In this document: positions 39,000 to 47,518 of the stretch, one piece after another | Layout: every line of letters begins with the position of its first letter | Position numbering within the stretch: position 1 is the stretch's first letter | Source of the DNA: a virus | DNA: 64,000 bases | IMG/VR virus record: IMGVR_UViG_3300044646_003076 | Direction: 5' to 3' (one strand) | The notes under the pieces: generated by a model | What the model saw: only the letters and a program-made list of their open reading frames with translations | Told to the model about the DNA's origin: nothing | Database searches by the model: none | Made by a program: the position numbers and the translations under genes

Positions 39000-39439
39000 C
39001 ACCTGTTACAATAACTAACATTTGCTTCGGTATTATTATATCGGAGCATTTGTTATATCTTTACATTTAGTCTTAATAACATCTTATAGTGTCCGTAAGA
39101 GTTATTATACATGATACAATGCACTAATGGTCCATGAGTGTTCCAGTTTATCAAGTGTCCACTGCTACCACCGCTCCTTCATAATATGGGTTATTGTTAT
39201 TAAGTTCTCAAGAGATCACTCAAATGGAGACTGTTTTATTGTATTGAAATCTGAATAGCAATTCATTTAATAACATCTTTCTGGAGAATCTAATGGATGT
39301 TCCTTTCCTGTTCTTTTTTATTGTCTTTACAATCATGGGTTGGGCCATTTACTATAACAACCACAACGAATAAGACACTTCATAAACCGTCTACTAATAA
39401 CATCACACCTACAATAACAACGAATCATTCAAAACAACT

Positions 39440-39628
39440 ATGGAACTACTTACCAATCAAGTGAACGTGGTATTTCTTATTATTCAAACCGCTGTAGCCT
39501 TATATTTCACCTTCTTTCTTGATAATCTCACTCATAAGGCATTTAAGGAATTGGATGTAGACAAAAGGCGTCTTATTTCATGGGGAATGTTCTTTCTGAT
39601 GATCATCTCTCTTAAAACTCTTAACTGA
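39440..39628 (+). CDS. small membrane protein
   Basis: two hydrophobic segments. Confidence 0.55.
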   Translation: MELLTNQVNVVFLIIQTAVALYFTFFLDNLTHKAFKELDVDKRRLISWGMFFLMIISLKTLN

Positions 39629-39994
39629 ACTCAAAAGTGTTTCATATAGCTAGGACTAATAATCCTAGCTTTTTATTGTCTAATAATCTAATAACATAAA
39701 TAATAACAGGTAATAACAATCCTCTTACACCTCCGGCCTCTGTAGTCACTGTCTCAAAGAGATCAAATTACACACCACTAAGGTTCTTAAAGATTAAAAA
39801 TCCTACTTCCAACCGAATAACAAAAACAGTAATAAAACTGATTATATTTTATTGCTTATAATAATTCAAGTAGAAAGCGTTAGCGCAATCTACGATTTTT
39901 TAGTATCTGCGTGTACCAGTTTATCAAGTGTCCACTGCTACCACCGCTCCTTCATAATATGGGTTATTGTTATTAAGTCCTCAGGGAAACAACA

Positions 39995-40168
39995 ATGTCC
40001 CGCAAAGTCACTGTCACATTCACAACCAAAATGGTGTTAAATGTGGATGATGATGGTATCACTGATGAATATCTAATCAGGCACCTTACACGCTTCATGA
40101 ACAATCCAGCATACACCAAACTTATTGAGGATGAAAGGTACGACTTTAAGATTGAAGAGGAAGCGTAG
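39995..40168 (+). CDS. 57-aa hypothetical protein
   Basis: follows class A promoter 39912. Confidence 0.6.
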   Translation: MSRKVTVTFTTKMVLNVDDDGITDEYLIRHLTRFMNNPAYTKLIEDERYDFKIEEEA

Positions 40169-40403
40169 GTAATAATCTACAGATACGGCCACAAAACTGA
40201 CCAGATCCTTCCATAGTGTTTCATATAGCTAGGACTAATAATCCTAGCTTTTTATTGTCCAATAATAATTCAAGTAGAAAGCGTTAGCGCAATCTACGAT
40301 TTTTTAGTATCTGCGTGTACCAGTTTATCAAGTGTCCACTCATGGTTGCTTGATCTTTTAATACCTGTTATATTGTTATTGATCTAAAAGAATTCCACTC
40401 GCC

Positions 40404-40586
40404 ATGCTAACGATTTTTATCATTTACTTATACATGGTCACTTGCACATATTGGGCTCTTGTTGCATTACGAACTCCGAGTAATTTTTCCGAACGAGGTC
40501 TTATGATATGGGCTGCATTATGGTGGCCGGTATTGATTCCAAGTGTGTTAATTGCTAAGATCCTAAAGGAATTGGATTCTTTATGA
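40404..40586 (+). CDS. small membrane protein
   Basis: hydrophobic, AALWWP motif. Confidence 0.65.
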   Translation: MLTIFIIYLYMVTCTYWALVALRTPSNFSERGLMIWAALWWPVLIPSVLIAKILKELDSL

Positions 40587-40664
40587 CACTCCATAAGCTG
40601 TCCACTCATCACCAATAATCCCAGCACTATCCGCTAACATGATTACTGTTATTGGATTTCTTCC

Positions 40665-40826
40665 ATGAAAATCAACTGGCTTAATCTTCTTCTTCTGGTA
40701 TCGGGAAGTTCCATTTCCCTGTCTATTCTTACTTTGTTGTTTGGTCCTTTTCCCTTTCTTGTTCCTCTTCTTCATGGAGCAGTTTGGGGATTGTTATCGG
40801 TTTGTTTTTTCCCCCTTACTAAGTGA
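40665..40826 (+). CDS. 53-aa 2-TM peptide (MKINWLNL family copy 1)
   Basis: read from sequence, below track cutoff. Confidence 0.7.
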   Translation: MKINWLNLLLLVSGSSISLSILTLLFGPFPFLVPLLHGAVWGLLSVCFFPLTK

Positions 40827-40830
40827 TCCA

Positions 40831-40986
40831 ATGAAAATCAACTGGCTTAATCTTCTTATTTGTTTGATAGGAATTATTAGTAATATTATTCTTTTCACTT
40901 TGCTTTTCGGACCACTTCACCCTCTTTCTGCAATGATAGTTGGTATTGTATGGGGACTGTTTTTCCCAGGTATTGATAATGATTGA
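40831..40986 (+). CDS. 51-aa 2-TM peptide (MKINWLNL family copy 2)
   Basis: same 5' end. Confidence 0.7.
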   Translation: MKINWLNLLICLIGIISNIILFTLLFGPLHPLSAMIVGIVWGLFFPGIDND

Positions 40987-40990
40987 TCCA

Positions 40991-41158
40991 ATGAAAATCA
41001 ACTGGCTTAATCTCTTTTATTGGCTCCTTGTCAATCAGGTTTCATTAACAGTGTTTACTGTGTTCTTTGGTCATGTAGACATTTTGACAGCAATAATAAC
41101 TGGTACTTTCTGGGGTGTCGTATCAAATTACACTCTTACGATTTTTTATTACGAATGA
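40991..41158 (+). CDS. 55-aa 2-TM peptide (MKINWLNL family copy 3)
   Basis: same 5' end. Confidence 0.7.
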   Translation: MKINWLNLFYWLLVNQVSLTVFTVFFGHVDILTAIITGTFWGVVSNYTLTIFYYE

Positions 41159-41397
41159 TGTCACACCACAAGTACATTGTTGAAGTTAGGAACATTGATG
41201 GTTCCTTGGCAAGTTTATCAGAAGTGGAAAAGAAAAGACAAGAACATCCACATCTGTTTTCAAAAGAAGAATTTACAATATATGAACTTTGTTATTATGC
41301 GTCATTTGGACAGGGGCGAGATGTTCCAACTGGTCCTGTAGGTTTGCCCAAATTTATGCAAGATATTGGTATTTCTTATCGGCTTAAAACATGGTAA
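41155..41397 (+). CDS. hypothetical protein
   Basis: ATG overlaps upstream stop. Confidence 0.65.
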   Translation: MMSHHKYIVEVRNIDGSLASLSEVEKKRQEHPHLFSKEEFTIYELCYYASFGQGRDVPTGPVGLPKFMQDIGISYRLKTW

Positions 41398-41600
41398 CAA
41401 TAGAACCATTCTTATCAAGTTATGAAATCCATCTTAAACGTTGTTATACCGCAATAAGTTTACACACTCCAATAAAAGATCTAATGATATTAGCAAATGA
41501 CGAGGATCATTTTATTTGGGATTTGGTAGCAGAAAATCCAAACTGCCCACGTTATCTTAAAAGATACATTGCAATTAAAAAGTATCTAATGAAACTGTGA
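41391..41600 (+). CDS. minimal LRV protein (1 unit + divergent C-tail)
   Basis: ILANDEDHFIWDLVAENPNCPRYLKRYIAIKKYL. Confidence 0.7.
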   Translation: MVTIEPFLSSYEIHLKRCYTAISLHTPIKDLMILANDEDHFIWDLVAENPNCPRYLKRYIAIKKYLMKL

Positions 41601-41678
41601 CACTTCATAAGCTGTCCATCTAATTCCGATGTTCTCAACACCATCCACTAACATAATTACTGTTATTGGATTTCTTCC

Positions 41679-41987
41679 ATGAAAATCTATCTTGATGATG
41701 AGCGGTCAACACCAACAGGATGGATTCGTTGTTATTGGCCCGATGAGGTTATAACACTTCTACAGAATAACATCGTTGATATTATCTCACTGGATCACGA
41801 TCTTGGTGATGATAATAGAGGCACAGGAAACGATGTAATCTTATGGATTGAAGAACAAGTCTTTACCAATAACTATAAGCCGCCGATTATTCAGGTGCAT
41901 TCGGCTAACAGTTCTGCGAGATTGAAGATGGAGAATGGTATTAAATCCATTCAAAGACGAGTAGCGAGACTCTGTGCCACTTCATAA
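41679..41987 (+). CDS. cyclic-phosphate-processing receiver-like domain protein
   Basis: KIYLDDER, ISLDHDLG, TGNDVILWIEE, VHSAN. Confidence 0.75.
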   Translation: MKIYLDDERSTPTGWIRCYWPDEVITLLQNNIVDIISLDHDLGDDNRGTGNDVILWIEEQVFTNNYKPPIIQVHSANSSARLKMENGIKSIQRRVARLCATS

Positions 41988-42057
41988 GCTGTCCACCGGA
42001 ACCACCGATTCCCAATAATCCGCTGTATTGTTATTAAGTCCCAGAAAAGGAATTTCA

Positions 42058-42306
42058 ATGTCTACTCTCACTCCCGAACAACTTTCCGAGCTTCTTGATG
42101 ATTATTGTGATCGTGTTATCAACAAAACCGATCCCGATACAATCGTTGGAGTTAATATCACCACAACGGTAACACATTCCGATGGTTCCATTACGGAATT
42201 TGTTGATATTCACTCCCCAAAAGAAGAGTCAAACCGGGTTATCAAGAAACCCGCTCCCCAAGAAAATAGGCCCTATCGTATCAACTGTTTTTCTGAAGAC
42301 AAATAA
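42058..42306 (+). CDS. hypothetical protein
   Basis: start MSTLTP after class A promoter. Confidence 0.6.
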   Translation: MSTLTPEQLSELLDDYCDRVINKTDPDTIVGVNITTTVTHSDGSITEFVDIHSPKEESNRVIKKPAPQENRPYRINCFSEDK

Positions 42307-42330
42307 TAACCTCAAATTTCTCCTCCTCCA

Positions 42331-42576
42331 ATGAGCACCCCAAATCAGGCAATTTTTGAGAATCATCTGAAGAATGCTTATGAGGATCTCTTTGCTAACA
42401 ATCCAGAGTATTCTTATGCTGCGAGTAGAACAACTCCGGTAGATCTTGCTCATAAAATGACAGAATCTCTCGTAACCGGACAAGGAAATAAAGATGGTGA
42501 TGGTATCAAAAGAGCATGTAAAGCGGTAGGAATTAAACACACTTATAAAGCAATCAAAGAATATCTTAACCAATAA
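42331..42576 (+). CDS. hypothetical protein
   Basis: NKDGDGIKRACKAVGIKHTYKAI. Confidence 0.75.
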   Translation: MSTPNQAIFENHLKNAYEDLFANNPEYSYAASRTTPVDLAHKMTESLVTGQGNKDGDGIKRACKAVGIKHTYKAIKEYLNQ

Positions 42577-42599
42577 CCATCCACATTTCTTCTCTTCCA

Positions 42600-42881
42600 A
42601 TGAGCACCCCAACTAAAACTGAATACATTCAGATGCCGGCTATTTCCACGCCAGCTATTGTAAATCATCTTCACGCTCTCCCTGAAGGTAAAGAAAAAAA
42701 TACACTTCGTTTGCAATATCTTATGCGCTATCTCTCAACTTATAGAGAAGCACCCGATATTAAGACATTGACGAATGATGTTCTTTATGCACTCGGGGTT
42801 GTAACCGATCCAGTTAATTTCACCGGAGCCATCGGACTTACTGAATATAAAAACTTTCTCAAAGAAAATCATCTTTCATAA
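42600..42881 (+). CDS. hypothetical protein
   Basis: 5' end similar to 42331 gene. Confidence 0.7.
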   Translation: MSTPTKTEYIQMPAISTPAIVNHLHALPEGKEKNTLRLQYLMRYLSTYREAPDIKTLTNDVLYALGVVTDPVNFTGAIGLTEYKNFLKENHLS

Positions 42882-42998
42882 CAACCATACACATTTAACA
42901 ATAAACACCAATAATATCTGCTGAGGTATAACAATACTTCAGCTTTTGTTATATTCTTATTTTTTGTCTTAAAAAATGAATAGGGTGTCCGTATCTGT

Positions 42999-43092
42999 AT
43001 TCTACTGATGGTGTTGGGATCCGTCAAGCATTCTTCCATAAGCAATTCTGATCGGTTAAGGGGTTGACCTAAGCGGTTCCAGGGTCTATATT
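42999..43092. promoter_or_regulatory. Class B divergent sigma70 promoter pair 1
   Basis: left TTGACG-17-TAGAAT; right TTGACC-17-TATATT; core ataagcaattctgatcggttaa. Confidence 0.85.
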
Positions 43093-43119
43093 ATGGAAGT
43101 TCATCAGACAAGCCTTCTT

Positions 43120-43488
43120 ATGTCCCGGAATCCCGCTCCCGAACTGAAGCACGACATTGCAGTTCATGAGGGGTTCGTAACCCTGAATAATAACGATGAT
43201 GGTTTCTATACACAATACTTCAATAATCGGGAAGAGGTTGAGCAATTCATCGCTGAGCTACGTGAGGCAATGGATAATGTATGGCCGGATGGTGTTAATC
43301 CTGAAGAACTGCAGGAAGAATGTTATCAAAAACGAGAGGAAGAGCGTCAAGAATACTTGCGCAATAATCCTCCTCGGCCACAAACACCAGAAGAGATTGA
43401 ACGTAATAAAAGGCTGATGACACTTCTTGATAAACTGGCTAATGATGATTCATATAGTGTTTGTTCTCATGTAGCGGAAAATCCCTGA
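43120..43488 (+). CDS. hypothetical protein ending in one LRV unit
   Basis: C-term LLDKLANDDSYSVCSHVAENP*. Confidence 0.7.
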   Translation: MSRNPAPELKHDIAVHEGFVTLNNNDDGFYTQYFNNREEVEQFIAELREAMDNVWPDGVNPEELQEECYQKREEERQEYLRNNPPRPQTPEEIERNKRLMTLLDKLANDDSYSVCSHVAENP

Positions 43489-43566
43489 TTCATCACACCA
43501 TAAGCACCTATCCACAACATAATACGTTAACACCCTCCTCTACCACTGCCTTTTCAGCGACATTAT

Positions 43567-43604
43567 TGTGCTCAGGGAGTCCTTTATCCTTGAGCACATT
43601 TTTG
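43567..43604 (+). terminator. rho-independent terminator
   Basis: tgtgctcaggga/tccttgagcaca + ttttt. Confidence 0.7.
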
Positions 43605-43806
43605 TAGCTGAGATCCAAGATGATCTAAATAAATCTAAAAAACCTTTTATCGGGAATTTCGGTCTGAAGGTGCTATGGGTCATTCCGTCAAATAAGATCA
43701 CCGATAATTTCATTGTTATAATAAATGTTATGTGCCAGTCCATAAGCTGTCCACCGATACTCTCATGTTCCCATAATCTGCTGTATTGTTAAGAAGTCTT
43801 CAGAGA

Positions 43807-44151
43807 ATGTCTCTCATGGCTCTCAATTGGAAAGTTCCTGTTTCTTCTCTTCTGAGCCGTCTTCAGGATAATGACTATAAGATTTTCTCAGTCAATAATG
43901 GAGGCGAGACTATTCTTATTGACCAGAATCTTTCCAATGGAACTGCAAGAGCAAAGGCAGTAGAAGAGATTGTTTCTGTAGACGCATCTGCAATTGCTCT
44001 TATCAAGAATAAACAAACATTTGCGGTTTATATTGTATTAGGTAATGATCCACATGAGATTGCAGCCGATTATACTAATGATGAAGAATTGGAAAAAGTT
44101 ATTGATGAATTTGCTGATAGTTGGCAGGATAAGAAATGTCCTAGGATGTGA
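43807..44151 (+). CDS. hypothetical protein
   Basis: follows last class A promoter. Confidence 0.75.
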   Translation: MSLMALNWKVPVSSLLSRLQDNDYKIFSVNNGGETILIDQNLSNGTARAKAVEEIVSVDASAIALIKNKQTFAVYIVLGNDPHEIAADYTNDEELEKVIDEFADSWQDKKCPRM

Positions 44152-44241
44152 AACAATGATGAAATAATAACCCTAGAGTAATTCTGGGGTTTTATTGTTT
44201 ATAATTTGAGAAGAAAAATAAGATAGTCTGTCCGTATCTCT

Positions 44242-44335
44242 ATTCTAGTCGTATTTTATCGGCTGTCAAGGTCTGAACTGATAAGCACTTCTGATCGGTT
44301 AAAGGCTTGACGTAGGCATCAATCCGGTCCATACT
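44242..44335. promoter_or_regulatory. Class B divergent promoter pair 2
   Basis: left TTGACA-16-TAGAAT; right TTGACG-17-CATACT. Confidence 0.85.
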
Positions 44336-44360
44336 ATGGAAGTCAACCGGAACCGATCCG

Positions 44361-44528
44361 ATGGCCCAAACCTTCCGCCCTGTCTGCGACATTCAGAGCA
44401 GAAATCCGTTCATGGTAGCGGTAATCAAAGATGATGAGAACCTTCTCATCGACGGGGAACCTTCAGTAATTCCAATGTGGTGGATCGCATCGGAATATGC
44501 GAAACTTTATGCTGGTGATGTGAAATGA
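44361..44528 (+). CDS. 55-aa hypothetical protein
   Basis: first ORF after promoter; stop overlaps next ATG. Confidence 0.6.
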   Translation: MAQTFRPVCDIQSRNPFMVAVIKDDENLLIDGEPSVIPMWWIASEYAKLYAGDVK

Positions 44529-44734
44529 GCAATACTAAATTCCGAATTGTTAAATATAACGATTCCTTTGAAGAACTTCACATTCTTCAAGTCTGTCACT
44601 CGTATGAGGAAGCAGACCAAAGATTCCAATACTGGGATGAGAAATACCCAAACGATTATATTGAAATTCTTACTCCAGAAGACTGGAGATATTTTCAATT
44701 AGGTTCTAATCCCTCTGTTTTTGTTACATCATGA
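44525..44734 (+). CDS. hypothetical protein
   Basis: tiles operon. Confidence 0.7.
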   Translation: MSNTKFRIVKYNDSFEELHILQVCHSYEEADQRFQYWDEKYPNDYIEILTPEDWRYFQLGSNPSVFVTS

Positions 44735-45093
44735 TTTTCCAAACAAGTTACACGATCACCGGGCATCTTCAGCGCCAATTAGCGGCAGTTGCTACTCCAA
44801 TCGTTGAGAATTGGTTCACAGATGTACTGATCCACGACACTGCTGCTACCGAAGATATGGAAATTGGCGAAGTTCGTTTATGGGCACTTCGCAAAACGGG
44901 TACATGGTTGTGTACTCTGAAGCAAGATATTTCTGAGCATAACGAATTCACTGGACTTGTTACTTCAATTATGAGGCATCCCGATGAATATAATGACGGA
45001 TATTATCATCTTTTTCTATTGCATAAGATCTCAGCAGATAAGCTGAAGATTACACCGACAACTTATGAAGAAATGTCCTATGTGAATGTGTGA
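44731..45093 (+). CDS. hypothetical protein
   Basis: WALRKTGTWL motif. Confidence 0.7.
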   Translation: MIFQTSYTITGHLQRQLAAVATPIVENWFTDVLIHDTAATEDMEIGEVRLWALRKTGTWLCTLKQDISEHNEFTGLVTSIMRHPDEYNDGYYHLFLLHKISADKLKITPTTYEEMSYVNV

Positions 45094-45175
45094 GATAACA
45101 AATGCCCCGGAGAAATCTGGGGTTTTTATTGTTTATACTTTGATAAGAAAAATAGAATAGGATCTCCGTATCTGT

Positions 45176-45270
45176 ATTCTAGTCATATTTTTATCGGTTG
45201 TCAAGGTCTGGAGTCATAACCATTTCTGATCGGTTGAAGGCTTGACGTATGCGGCTTCCGGGTCCATACT
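45176..45270. promoter_or_regulatory. Class B divergent promoter pair 3
   Basis: left TTGACA-17-TAGAAT; right TTGACG-17-CATACT. Confidence 0.85.
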
Positions 45271-45300
45271 ATGGAAGTCAACCGCAAGGAAATTGATCCC

Positions 45301-45597
45301 ATGGACCAAGCCGATTTTCTCGCTATTGCCAAAGAAACCGCATCTTACGTGATAGAGCACGAGCGGAATAATGTTCTGAGCAACAAAAATAATCTTGATC
45401 TTTCAACATTCAGTTCCTTTCTTGATGGGATCAAAGGCCACCAATACTATAATGCCTTAGTGTTGAAATGTGATGGATGTGAGACGTACATTCTCATGCA
45501 GCTTAATACAGATTATCGTGAAATCGTGTGTAGAATGTCGGGTGATGAAGCCCGCGAATTCGTAGAGCATTTTCATGATATTGTCCTGAACGAATGA
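45301..45597 (+). CDS. hypothetical protein
   Basis: start MDQADF after aagga. Confidence 0.7.
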   Translation: MDQADFLAIAKETASYVIEHERNNVLSNKNNLDLSTFSSFLDGIKGHQYYNALVLKCDGCETYILMQLNTDYREIVCRMSGDEAREFVEHFHDIVLNE

Positions 45598-45694
45598 TCT
45601 GAATACAAACACATTTGCTAGGGTATAACAATACTCTAGCATTTGTTATAGTCTTATATTTTGTGGAAAAATAAGATAGTCTGTCCGTATCTCT

Positions 45695-45789
45695 ATTCTA
45701 CTGGTAATAATCCAGTTTGTCAAGGTCTGGAGTCATAAGCACTTCTGATCGGTTAAGGGCTTGACGTATGCGGCTTCCGGGCCCATACT
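45695..45789. promoter_or_regulatory. Class B divergent promoter pair 4
   Basis: left TTGACA-17-TAGAAT; right TTGACG-17-CATACT. Confidence 0.85.
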
Positions 45790-45814
45790 AAGGAAGTCAA
45801 CCGGAACCGATCCG

Positions 45815-46012
45815 ATGAGCAACCTTTCCCCAACCGTTTATCAAGACAACGGATTCGCAGATAGGAAAGAATACCTCGATTCTTTGCGGGAAGAGTATGG
45901 CGGTTTGGTGGATGTTCTCACCAGCATTCTTCCAGCATCAGAAGATTTTGATGGCTTGGTTACGGAATTGGAAGATGCTCTGGCCAGCGGAGAATATGAC
46001 GAATTGATCTGA
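45815..46012 (+). CDS. acidic early protein (YQDNGFADRKEYLDSLREEYG...EDFDGLV)
   Basis: pattern recalled from cyanophage early genes. Confidence 0.75.
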   Translation: MSNLSPTVYQDNGFADRKEYLDSLREEYGGLVDVLTSILPASEDFDGLVTELEDALASGEYDELI

Positions 46013-46334
46013 TTTCTTACTTTTATTCCATCGCATTTCTTCCCATGGACGCTTCCAACCTTTCCGCATCACAAGCTAGAGAAAAGATCATTGAATGGGG
46101 AGAAGAATTCACATTTGAGATTGTCTGTCGTGAAATCGTGTGTAGAATGTCGGGTGATGAAGCCCGCGAATTTGTGGAGGATTTTCATGATAATGTCCTG
46201 AACAATTGAGAAGATCAAATCTTGGTACAATTGAATAACAAATACAAACACATTTGCTTCGGTATTATTATATCGGAGCATTTGTTATATTATTATACTT
46301 TCTTGTAAAAATAGAATAGTCTGTCCGTATCTCT

Positions 46335-46429
46335 ATTCTACTGGTAATAATCCAGTTTGTCAAGGTCTGGAGTCATAAGCACTTCTGATCGGTTAAGGGC
46401 TTGACGTTTGCCACGGCTGGGTCCATACT
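46335..46429. promoter_or_regulatory. Class B divergent promoter pair 5
   Basis: identical to pair 4 over about 90 bp. Confidence 0.85.
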
Positions 46430-46459
46430 AAGTAAGTCAAACAACCCGGAAGGTTTCCG

Positions 46460-46810
46460 ATGAACTCGTCTCATCCGATCTTTAAGAGTCTTCCTTCTCT
46501 TAAAAGGGAGATTCGGGAACTTCTCATCTCAATCAAAAAAGATCAGGATTGGAAACAACTTCGCGCTGATTTTTCGGATGATGAGACACCACATATTCAG
46601 GTGACCATCGGTTGCACATTTAATGAAGGTACAATCTCATGGAATTATCAAACTGGAGACAATTCCTACACTGGTGGTGCTTATGACCACCCAGAATGGT
46701 TCATTGTTTATCTAACGAGTCGTGCAAATTGTTCTAACGAAGCGAAAGATATTATCAGTGAAATTGAAGGAAGAATTTATGAGTGCTTTAGCACTCTTAA
46801 CAATAACTAA
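46460..46810 (+). CDS. hypothetical protein (YQTGDNSYTGGAY motif)
   Basis: first ORF after promoter. Confidence 0.8.
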   Translation: MNSSHPIFKSLPSLKREIRELLISIKKDQDWKQLRADFSDDETPHIQVTIGCTFNEGTISWNYQTGDNSYTGGAYDHPEWFIVYLTSRANCSNEAKDIISEIEGRIYECFSTLNNN

Positions 46811-46830
46811 TCCATTCATTCTGTGATTCC

Positions 46831-47097
46831 ATGTTCTCACTTTTCTTCTTCACTGGCAATGATCCCGAATTAGCTTTTGATATTAAAGATAGAATTGCAC
46901 GATATATTGATGAATACGTCAAAGAAGGCGAATTTGATACCTATGAAAGTGCAATTGATCGGATGAATAATATCGGATCCCGTTGGATATTTTATCCTAA
47001 TGCTTGTATTATTGAAGGCGAAAAAGTTATAGGGATTTATATGGAGGATGGAGTTAATTATACTCCGAAGAAAATTGAAGAGTTTGTGGAAGTATAA
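46831..47097 (+). CDS. hypothetical protein
   Basis: IGSRWIFYP motif. Confidence 0.7.
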   Translation: MFSLFFFTGNDPELAFDIKDRIARYIDEYVKEGEFDTYESAIDRMNNIGSRWIFYPNACIIEGEKVIGIYMEDGVNYTPKKIEEFVEV

Positions 47098-47186
47098 CAA
47101 ACAAAAGGGTTGGGTATAACAATACCTGACCCGATCTTATAGTCTTATATTTTCTTGTAAAAATAGAGTAGGCTTCCCGTATCTGT

Positions 47187-47281
47187 ATTCTATTGGTGAT
47201 AATTCAGTTTGTCAAGATCTGGACTGATAAGCACTTCTGATCGGTTAAACGGTTGACGGTGGCCGATGGTGGTTGTATATT
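47187..47281. promoter_or_regulatory. Class B divergent promoter pair 6
   Basis: left TTGACA-17-TAGAAT; right TTGACG-17-TATATT. Confidence 0.85.
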
Positions 47282-47322
47282 ATGGGTGTTCAAACATTCC
47301 TGGCAGGTTGCCGGCTCCACCG

Positions 47323-47487
47323 ATGCGATTCTCAACCCCACAGAAGATTTCCAAATTTTTCTATCTGGGATGGAATCCGAATTCTTATGATGAGATTTTC
47401 GGATTCTCTCTTTTGAATTTTTACGTCGGATTCTACTACGAATCTGGCTGGTGTGCGGGATTTCTTGACGCGAATGGGTGCCTCTGA
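47323..47487 (+). CDS. small hypothetical protein
   Basis: start MRFSTP. Confidence 0.5.
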   Translation: MRFSTPQKISKFFYLGWNPNSYDEIFGFSLLNFYVGFYYESGWCAGFLDANGCL

Positions 47488-47518
47488 AAAGTATTACAAT
47501 CCTCTCGCAGTCTTTCCC

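Larger units (their letters stand above)
783..43789 (+). promoter_or_regulatory. Class A promoter family: 38 copies of a 10-4-10 bp dyad (e.g. TGTGACAGTT-N4-AACTGTCCAC) with a TAN3T -10 box usually 38-40 bp after the start of the right half-site
   Basis: Dyad starts approx. 783,2061,6247,6479,9382,10098,11477,12239,13333,14623,15624,16906,19001,20586,21852,22645,23450,25338,25785,27491,28546,29790,31309,31876,32751,33119,34361,34718,35140,35822,36711,39139,39912,40316,40582,41596,41973,43731; -10 e.g. TATAAT 25838, TACAAT 16959, TATAGT 19054, often with TG extension. Confidence 0.85.
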
